DNA of 64,000 nucleotides from the human T2T-CHM13v2.0 reference genome, Homo sapiens. The DNA is taken from assembly GCF_009914755.1 (NCBI RefSeq), contig NC_060927.1; one strand, given 5' to 3'. The notes below the pieces were generated by a model that saw nothing but the letters and a program-made list of their open reading frames with translations, was not told where the DNA came from and made no database searches. Within the stretch, counting starts at the first letter, position 1; every line of letters begins with the position of its first letter. Positions 55,251 through 64,000 of the stretch are shown one piece after another. The position numbers and the translations under genes are program-made.

Positions 55251-57855
55251 TTAAGAGTGACTACTCTCCCAGGACACCTTTTTGTAAACTCCAATTTCAG
55301 TGACTCAAAAATTCAAGAGGTCTGGTATAAATAGGAAGAAGGGTGATGTTGTTGAAAGTGCTAATTTACTAATTTAAATCATTTGGGAAGAGAAAGCCAA
55401 AGGTCAAAATTATTCATAGACCTATCATTAATGGAAAGTTAATTGAGAAATGAAGAGTCATTTAAGGCAACTGCAAAATAGTAACACAAATACCTCAGAT
55501 GACTAGTAGGGCAAAATTTTCAAAATGTTGCAAGCTGTCTTCATGCTTGAAGTAGCAATTTACATGCATAATTAGGTGCAATCAACAGTTTTGAAATGTA
55601 ATATATTTTCCGAGTCCATATTTACTTGTGACAGATGCTTAAAAAAAACTGTCCCCCAAAAATAGAGGGGCAGAAGAAAGGAGAAATATTTGCATTTAAC
55701 AATAAGAATCTTTAAAAGGACATGTCTAAATTTAGGACAAATTTAATTGAAGTATTGTATCTTTATTTTGATTTAATCTTCATTTAAGCCTTGAAAGAAG
55801 TTCACAAACGTATTTTGGAAGTAGCAAGCATGGAAGAATAATAACTTACCAGTCAGCTATTCCTGCTGCTGTCTGAACTGACATGTGATTTTTATTGCTA
55901 CACTGTAGGGAAAAAAAAAAAAACAAAAACCTGACAAATTCAAACCTTTATTGCACAAAATATTATTGACTTTCTTCCTGTCTTCAGAAGGGGCTTCATT
56001 CTCTAAAGATACCAAATATCTTTTAGGAAATTTAAATAAAGGTGATTTAAACCGGTAGCTTCTATTTTGTAAATCAAGGTCTTCAGATGAACACTCAGTG
56101 TGAACATATATCATCTTACTGTTCTCGGTATAACAATGTTAGGTGCTCGATATGCACAAAGACACTCTGCTAAGCACATTACACATATAATCTAATTTAC
56201 CATTATAAACGTTCTATAATGATTGTTGGTTTATTACCAGGTACTGGGGAGGAGCTCACTCTATTTTCAACAATTCCCAATTTAGAAAACGAACTTGAAA
56301 TCTGATTTTTAGAAAATCTGAAGAAAAAGAGAATGGGTAATTTGGTCCCTAAACTTTTTCTTCTTTTTCAAAAACTTGTTCACATTGCATTACCCAGATT
56401 GGTTGTCTACACTGATGAAAGTGGCAATTAATTTCTGTCACACATGCAGAGTCAGATTAAAAGATAGCATTGAGGGATACAACCTAATGATGTGTTCTTG
56501 TGTAACTGCATCAATGGGACAGTGTGTCTTGATATGTAAAAGTTGTGTTTAAGTTAATGCAAAGCATTCATGGGATGAGCAATGCAATTTTCCAGTTTCA
56601 TCAAGCAAGTGTGATCTGTGATACATGCTAGGGGAAAAAAGCCATCCTCTGCCAAGAAACGCATGAATAGTTCATTAATCTGCTGATCCATTTGGGAGCA
56701 TTATGGAATTCAAAGCCCAGAATAATGGGCTCTATTTAATATTGAACAGGTTCTTGATAACCCGCCATTTCTCTCCAGAGCTGCTTGAAAGTCCCTCCTG
56801 GACGTGCAGAGTTGCAGTGGCAGTTCCCATGAAGTTGTAAGCTACTACCCAGGATCAAGTGGTGTTAAATTGAGAAGTCATCCTGTTCACCTGACTAGTG
56901 GTGAACCCTGATTTAAGAATTTCCAAGGCTACCCTCGCCATCTCTATTTAAATTTATAGACGCAACGCACTGCCTGCCCTGGGGTCACCACCGAAGCCTC
57001 CTGGTGGAGCCCTGCCCTGCTGAGGACGCTCTTCCAGCACAGAACTCACCACCAAAAAGAGACGGCGCCCAGCTGGCGCCCGCCCCGGGCACATTGCAGT
57101 AAATGCCTGGCAGCGACTTCTCGCTTCTCCTTCCTCCTACCCCATCGACCCTCTGTTGCCGACCTTTACGCCAAACTCCGGCGCGCCGCGAGACTCGCGT
57201 CCTCGCTGTCCCCGAGGGGCCCCACCCCTTCCCGGTTCTAACCTGCGACCTGGCCAGAGGCAAGGGTAGGTCGACTTCCTGCCCGGAATTTGCCGTTGGC
57301 TTCTCCTTCTCTACTCCAGTTCTTTAGTGCAGGGCTGTGCGGCGCGGAGCCGCCAGCGGCAGAACAGACCCCGGAGCGGAGCTCTGGGATACACACACGC
57401 GCAGCCCGGAGGGACTGACCCCGGAGGCGCGCTCGGCCGGGAGAGGGAGGGGACCAGGGCCAGCGCGGAGGCGGGGGTCACCTGGGGTTGGGGGTGGGCG
57501 CACCAGCCCTCCGCACGCTCCTCTCTTTCTAGTCCTCGCCGCCACCACCTCGCACAGGTCGGAGATCCCTCCTTTCCTTGGCTCCTTTGCGTTGGGGAGG
57601 GGGTAAGGCTGAGGGTCGGCGCTTGGTCAGCGGGCGGGGAAGGTAGATTTCACTTGCACCTGAGAGTCCCTATTCTTGCCAGCTTCGCCGGGCAAAGCCC
57701 GGCGACCAGGTTGGTTCTTCCAGCAACTTTGTTCAGAAGGTTGGTAGGGAGGAGAAACGCCAAGGGGCCCCAAGAGACGCTGGAAAGCGGCTAGGAGCGT
57801 GGGCCGGGCTGGAGAGCAAGTACCCAAGCGGCCCTGAGGCTGGGAGCGCGGCTGG

Positions 57856-57860
<5 letters not shown>

Positions 57861-57887
<27 letters not shown>
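57861..57887 (+). repeat. (GCC)9 trinucleotide repeat in the CpG island
   Basis: Nine uninterrupted GCC units followed by GGG ATG. Confidence 0.97.
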
Positions 57888-57888
<1 letters not shown>

Positions 57889-58173
57889 GGATGCGCTCTG
57901 CTTAGCGGGACTGCCGGGGGCGCCTGAAGGCCAGCGCTCCAAGGACACGCGGCCACCCGCTCCTCGCGCACCCCGGCCCAGACGCCGCCAGGGCCGGAGC
58001 CAAGCAGGCGAGCGGAGCTGCGGGGAGCGGGGGCGAAGGGTGGCAGAAGGGAGGGCGCGCGGGAGGCGGCCCCTCCTCGGCGAGCCATGCGTGCCACGGG
58101 CAGCTGAGTAGCTGCCGGGCGCCGCTGCCAAGTCTCCACTCCGCTTTTGTCTTGCCCTCCAGTGAATGGGAAG

Positions 58174-58386
58174 ATGGAGATGGATGTTGAGGGAGTTTCT
58201 CCGCGCCCGGAGCCCATCCCCCGCTCCCAGGGGGCTGGCGGAGCCTGCCAGGCGCCGCCACAGCCGCCCCAGCCCCAGCCGCCGCCTCAGCAGCTGGCTC
58301 AGGATGAACTGCCCGGCGAGAGTGCAGGCGCTGAGGACAGCGACGATCCCGAGACGAGACCCAACGGCGAGAAAGGAGAGAGCAAG
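58174..58386 (+). CDS. RBMS3: Putative first coding exon (71 aa, P/Q-rich then acidic): MEMDVEGVSPRPEPIPRSQGAGGACQAPPQPPQPQPPPQQLAQDELPGESAGAEDSDDPETRPNGEKGESK; probable alternative N-terminus of RBMS3
   Basis: Strong Kozak context (AAGATGG); 213 nt open to the donor AAG|GTAGGT at 58387, in phase 0. The RBMS3 assignment is inferred from recalled locus order, and downstream exons are not in the window. Confidence 0.55.
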
Positions 58387-61300
58387 GTAGGTCCACAGTG
58401 TTGGCGCTGTGATACCTTTTGAACAAAACCAAGGAGTTGCTGTCGTGGCTGTCACTTTAACCCCTCCGCTCCCCAACCCCCTTCCCTGGTTTGTGTGGGG
58501 GTGGGGGTGGCAGATGTGAAGAAGGCTTAAGATTTAAGGGAATCCATGGGCGATAGTGACTTTCCGAACTGGAGGGTATGTGCAGAAGTCTGTCCTGGTT
58601 TCAGTGTTCAGCGGTGTGTGCAGAGAAAAGTCGTCTGGTACATGCGGTGTGATGCTCTGGGCAAGCACAGCACCTCAGTAGAGCAGTGATGAGACCTTTG
58701 CTTGCCCTCGCAGTCTAACTGAGGCTTATTTGGATGATATGGGTCTAAGAGAAACATTTCTTTAGGAGCTGCCAAGTGGCTTCTGAGACTCCTTGGAGGG
58801 TGGTGACATCAACCTAAAGATAACAATGGGAGCAAAGTTTGGCTCATTTGCAGAATGGAGTGCCCTGCTTAACCCCGCTCTAAGCTGGAGGTCCTCCTCC
58901 TGACCTGGCATCCTCCTTCTAGGAGGGCAGGGATCAAGTGCCTGGCAGCAGATGAGCCCTACAAATCTTTTGCAGCCCTGCTGTGTCATTGTAGACCGGG
59001 GGATAGCTGCTACTTGCTGTGGAAAGAGGAGTTCTTCAGGTAATTGGATTCTAGTAAGAAATGGCTTGAATGTTATTTTCTGGTGCTGATGTCTCTTCCG
59101 CTGAGAAAATTGTAAAGTAGAGGAAATGGCATAGAAAATACTGCCTTGGTAGTATTAGTAGGGTGTGTTTATTACAGCTTTGTCTCTGAGCAGTCTTCCT
59201 TCACACACTCGGAGTTTAGTTTTGTGGAAGCTAATGTTGCTTTGTTTTATCTGTATAAAGTGTACACTGTGTATTTGTTAATATATTTTGAAACTGGCTG
59301 GCAATATTGGGGAAAAGTTGGTTCAACAAATCAGACTATTGGAACCAAATGAGTCAGTCAATCTATTTTCTCACTTTTGCTCACTTAAGGAAGTGTGCAG
59401 GAAAATGGGCGCTTCTGCTAGTTAGAAAGGAATTGTGTGTCATGAAGTGCCCCTTAACGGAGATTGCCTTGGTTTCTGTTAGAGCTTTCCTAAGATACTA
59501 GTGGATTAAATAAATACTGGAAACATGTCGGGATCACATTGAATTGCTGTTCTGTGTTTGGAGACAGGCTCACTTAACAAGTTCAGATTTGCAAATGTTC
59601 AGGATTGTTTTGCATTTTGAAACTGAGCTAAGAATCAAAATTGTTGTTTATCTTCCAAAATCAATATTGTTATTTAAATGGCAGTTTACCAAGGAACTAG
59701 AATTTGAACACATTCTAGATGCGACCGGGGTGCCTTACAAATGCATACAAGATTTACATTGTGAAAACTATGATGAATTTTAATATTCTGATATCCTCAG
59801 CTTTCCAGTCGCTCTTGATTTCATGAATATTTAATTTTGTCATGACTGCATATTTACTACTTTAAATGACTGTCTGCGCTCAGTTTTATGAAATAACCAT
59901 AACTGAGCATCATATTACCTAATTGAACTTTAAGTGTCTTTTGCAAAATAGGTGTGGAGAATAATTAAAATATACAGCCAGTACTGCCATTTCCATATTG
60001 TTGATTCATATGCCCTGAGCATGAGAAATTCCTGCCATCAGCAAAAATCTGTGCTTATTTGTTTCCCTTTGATGCACCATGCAGACTGTCTAATGTTCTA
60101 CCGGTTGTGAGGAATAAGGAAGGCAGTGCACTAGAAATATGACAGCAGGTGAAAAGAGAACTGAAAGCGGGTTGATTACATTTAGTTAATTAGCATGTTC
60201 AGATAATTGAGTATTCTGATGATGTGATTTGCTTCATGTTTGTCTGTAATTTCTTGAGGTGGAAACAAAATACTACTTTTTTTTTTCCCTCCAGGTGTTT
60301 GTCTTAAAAAATTATGTTGCATCTTTCTCTTAACCTAGAAATCAGCTGTGTTAACCCTTTGCTTGCCTCTAATACTGTCCTACTGTTTCTTTGGAGTCTG
60401 AGGATGGTTGCTGTGTTTCAGACTTTAATAACTGTTCTTGTCTTTGATGGGTACTAAGGCAAGTTATAAATTGATTTTTCTTAGAAAATTCTTATTTCAT
60501 TAGTGGGAAGTCCTTTGGATGTCTGACCAAATTATTCTATTAAAATATAAATAGAAGACAAACTGGTATAAAGTGAAATGGGGTTTTATCAAGCTATTTG
60601 GGTTGAGGGGGAGGAGTTTATCACAGTATGGTTTTCAAACAGTAATGTACAAACATAATGTACCAGATGATTATGTTTTCTTTTCATTCATGAAAGCAAT
60701 AAAATACAAATTTCAAAAACTGAATTATTTACTTTAACTTTACCTTAAGGATATTATAAGTAGGATGTGAGTAGATATGCCCTTTGAAAATAAAGTATCA
60801 GAGACTAATGGCATTTTTTTTAAGATTCTGCTTTAGGGCCATGATTTATTCTCCTATGAATTTATCTCAGTTGTCTTATTGGAAAAGAAATCAGAGCTTA
60901 GTGCCAGATCAGCTTGTCTCCTAAATTGCAGGTTCATGGTCATATGTCCTCGGAAAGTCTATGAAATAGGAAGAGAGGTTAGAAAACTGGATCAGTCAAG
61001 GGACTTTTTACGCCCAAGTTTCATGATGTGACTGGTGCTTTCTGTCCTAGAATAATGTTTCCTGATTCCTCTCTAGCAAATACTCTTCAAAGAAATATTA
61101 AAGCAGCTGCATATTATATTGCTTTGATTCCATGAACTGGGGAGGAAACAGACCTGAAATAGACCATCTATTCTTCCTCTGTGCTTTAAGGCAGGTTTAT
61201 ATTAAACCCTTACAAAAAGCAGCCTCTTCTCTTTGCAATGACATCCAAAGATAATATTGTAATCACCTTTGGTGACCTAGTGAGATATTTCTTTCTTGTC

Positions 61301-62789
61301 TTAGCAAAGAAGATTAAATGATCATGGTCCTTAAGTAAGAGACCTTCAAATTCTTGAAAGTGCTCTTGATTCTGGATTTGATCATCCTCAGAACTTCCTT
61401 AGAAAGCTTTTTCCAGGCTCTAAATATTGCATCCTTTCATTGCTTTTTAAAATTCTTCTGAAATGCTTTGGTTATACCAAATAACTCTTGGATGGGTGTT
61501 TCTGAAACTTTCTTTGGAAAAGTTTAAAAAAGTTTCTTGTGTCGAGGACCTGTACTCCAGTGTCTTATTCCCTCTGTATTATAAAGTTACTTATGCAAAT
61601 GTGGAAATTCTTCCCATGATCTGATCTTAGATGCTAAAGAAAAATGATTATTTGTTTCCTTCAGGTTCATCTCTTTCATGAATATATGAATGGTGCTTTC
61701 TGTCCTCCCTTTTACTTCCTTCCTCACACCCTATGCCTGCTTCACCTCCCCTCTGCCAATACTATTTACTACAGTGTTATATATAGAAGGCATGTTTATG
61801 GCCCAGATATGAAGCATTATGACCAAACTCTCTTTTTTGCTCAGCTCTTATTAAATCCTTGGTTTGCAAGATGTGTTATTCCCATGGCTTTGGATTAGAG
61901 GAACTCTGTACTGTTGCTACCAATGATACATCATTGATGAAAATGACTCAGTTCTCACTTCAACTGCATTCCATCAGTAATGCTGTTCTAACAGTGATTC
62001 TTTAGGAGCATACTGTAGGGACTCTTACCGAGCATGTCATTACATTTATGAAAGCCTTTTATTTTGGAAATAAATTTACATTTATAGAAGAGGTGCAAAG
62101 ATATATCCTTTGCCCAGTTTCCTCTAATATTAACATCCTACATAATCAAGGTATGTATATTACAATAAAGAAATGAATATTTGCATGAAACTACTAGTTA
62201 ACTTGTGTAGTAAATTTTTTTTTCGAGTGAATGTGTAACATATAGTTGCTTTCCATTCTATTCCTTTAGTCTTTAAGGTGGTCTTTATACGTGAAAGGCT
62301 CTGTGAGAGGGTATTTAAGCGTCAAATTTAACTTCTGGGTGATGATCTCTCCCTTTTATCTGTTGAGTAGGAGCAGCTTGCAAAGTGCAAAGTCGGAGGT
62401 CCCTGAAGTTCTGCATCAACTGCAGTGAGCCCTGGGGGAGTTACAAGTTTGGCAAAGCTCTTGAGTGCTGTTAACGTGTGAGGAATAATGGTCTTCCTTT
62501 TTTGTTTTAACCTGAAAAACATTCCTGCTCCAGGTAAGATAGGGTTTATCAGTACACAGAGGACAGCAAAGTCTCAAGTGGCAGGCAGAGGATAAAAGGC
62601 AATGGATAAATTCAAGGTAGTTCACTTTGATGCCTAACCCCTTGGGCGATTGTTTGTGGCATGAAATCTAATGGAAGCCTTTTTGGTTTTACATTGTATA
62701 TTAGCCAGGTGAACTCTGACTTCTGGCACAGAAGCAGAAACGTGTCCACAATAGGTAGGACGTCAATGTGATTAAAACTGTTGACTGTG

Positions 62790-63010
62790 AAATAAAAAAA
62801 GACCCCAATTTGATCCTGGCTTTGTCTTTTATTAGCTCTTGACCTTAGACAAGGTCTTAACCTTTCCAAAGCTTAACCTTTTCATCTGTAAAATAGGAAT
62901 AATTATAAATTATTTTACAATAACCATCTATGGTTATTGTATGGCTCGAACGAGATAAAATGTATAGAGTTTTTTATTCAGTGCTTCATAGGTAATGGCT
63001 GCTCAATAAT
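62790..63010 (+). mobile_element. MIR
   Basis: TGACCTTAGACAAG...CTTAACCTTTC...CATCTGTAAAATAGGAATAAT...GCTCAATAA. Confidence 0.7.
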
Positions 63011-63416
63011 AGTGAATAAATTTTATGAGTTGGGGCTTCAAGTCTCCCTAATTTTTTTCAGTTTACTAGAGGGTTCTGGGACTGGAAATGACACAGCCAT
63101 ACTTTTCTACAGTCAAACCAATTTGCTGCTCATCCACCTGGTTTTGCCCTGTGGTCCTTAAGATGTTCTCAGGTCTTGGTGGGCAGAAGGTTAGCAAATA
63201 GTTATCCTGACTTGTCAATAGTCTGCTGTTTTCTCATCAGGAAAACCAAGGAAGAGCAGGATGAAAAGTCCCTATATCCTACCCCAGGCCCCAGAAGTAT
63301 GCCTAAGACACTAGGAAAGCAAATGGATTACTCTGCTTTTGCACATTATATTTACGGCTTTTCAGGAAGATTAGGTGGCAAATCTTAAGACTTAACAAAT
63401 GATTGAGTTAAAAAGT

Positions 63417-63850
63417 TGTATCTGTTAGGACTCTTTGGTTGCAGGAAATAGAAACTGGCTTTACTGTGAGCAAAATATTGTAAAATTTTAAGGTAATTAC
63501 AAAATCAAACGGAAAATGACAAAACTAGTTTTGGGGAAATGCTGACACAAGAGTTGCTCAGATTTAAGTAGTAGAAAGTACTGAAAGGGCGCTGACATAA
63601 GAAAAATAAATCCTAGCCATTTTTTGCCTTTATGCCACTCTGCTCAAGACCTGTATTTCATGGGAAGGTTATCTAACTGGCCTCTCTTGGGTCAGATAGC
63701 TGCTTCTTGGCCAAGGTAAGGTGGGAATCCTCAATGCAGGTTCCTTCAAATTGTTTCTTTTGGATGGGGTTTAATTCTTGGAAAAATAAATCATGGTGCT
63801 GTTATCAGACCAAAGAAAATGGATATTAGTTGCCAAAACAACCATTATCA
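63417..63850 (-). mobile_element. Old MLT1-type LTR
   Basis: TGTATCTGTTAGGACTCTTTGGTTGCAGGAAATAGAAAC...GGTGCTGTTATCAGA. Confidence 0.5.
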
Positions 63851-64000
63851 CCCCTTTCCTAGATAGAGAGAGGCAGAGAGAAAGAATGAGAAAGAGAATG
63901 AGAAAAAATGAGAGGGAGAAACAGACATATTTAGACAAGAATCTGGAACATTTTGTAGCATTGTATTCCTACCATTTTAAAAGAAAGAATACAGAGGAAA

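Larger units (their letters stand above)
56960..58420 (+). promoter_or_regulatory. LINC00693: CpG-island promoter / first-exon region (LINC00693 / distal RBMS3 by recalled synteny)
   Basis: Abrupt rise in GC and CpG density over ~1.4 kb; GC boxes; ETS-like ACTTCCTG and CCGGAA near 57274-57290; + strand splice donors. The gene name is inferred from its position ~50 kb downstream of ZCWPW2. Confidence 0.8.

Noticed and set aside
56943-56960. TATTTAAATTTATA as a bidirectional TATA box at the island edge
   Set aside because: An AT-rich motif alone is insufficient without TSS data, and CpG-island promoters are usually TATA-less
57324-58476. Overlapping long ORFs (155-247 aa) in the CpG island
   Set aside because: Expected from stop-codon scarcity in GC-rich DNA; several use non-ATG starts and show no recognisable domain. 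Only the 58174 exon has both Kozak and splice support

Overview
Primate (human-like) genomic DNA, mostly intergenic and rich in repeats; the six-frame ORF track is almost entirely repeat or GC artefact. Left end (+ strand): the last two coding exons and 3' UTR of ZCWPW2, recognised from the spliced C-terminus ...VCETEVLLKELEQMLQQ...GEK|LSKCSPEA...FKEIDALMSEF*. Right end: a CpG-island promoter (~56.96-58.42 kb) with a (GCC)9 tract, short uORFs and a 213-nt ATG-initiated ORF that runs into a phase-0 splice donor. By recalled synteny (3p24.1, ZCWPW2 then LINC00693/RBMS3) this is the LINC00693 / distal RBMS3 promoter, and the ORF is best read as an alternative RBMS3 N-terminus. Between them lie ~50 kb of Alu, L1, L2, MIR, MaLR/ERVL LTRs, hAT-type MER elements and a decayed ERV-L provirus carrying a MER11 solo LTR. 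The most notable structures are: (1) the coding exon in the nominal lncRNA promoter; (2) an apparent ancient L1PB 3' transduction, polyadenylated at a captured MLT1 LTR signal and nested in an older L1; (3) two L1PA7-like copies fused 5'-to-5' with two outward-facing 3' ends; (4) a 57-bp microinversion in the ERV-L 5' LTR. I see no convincing evidence of a wholly new biological system. Repeat subfamily names and gene identities come from memory of consensus and protein sequences, not from a search, and boundaries of old repeats are approximate.
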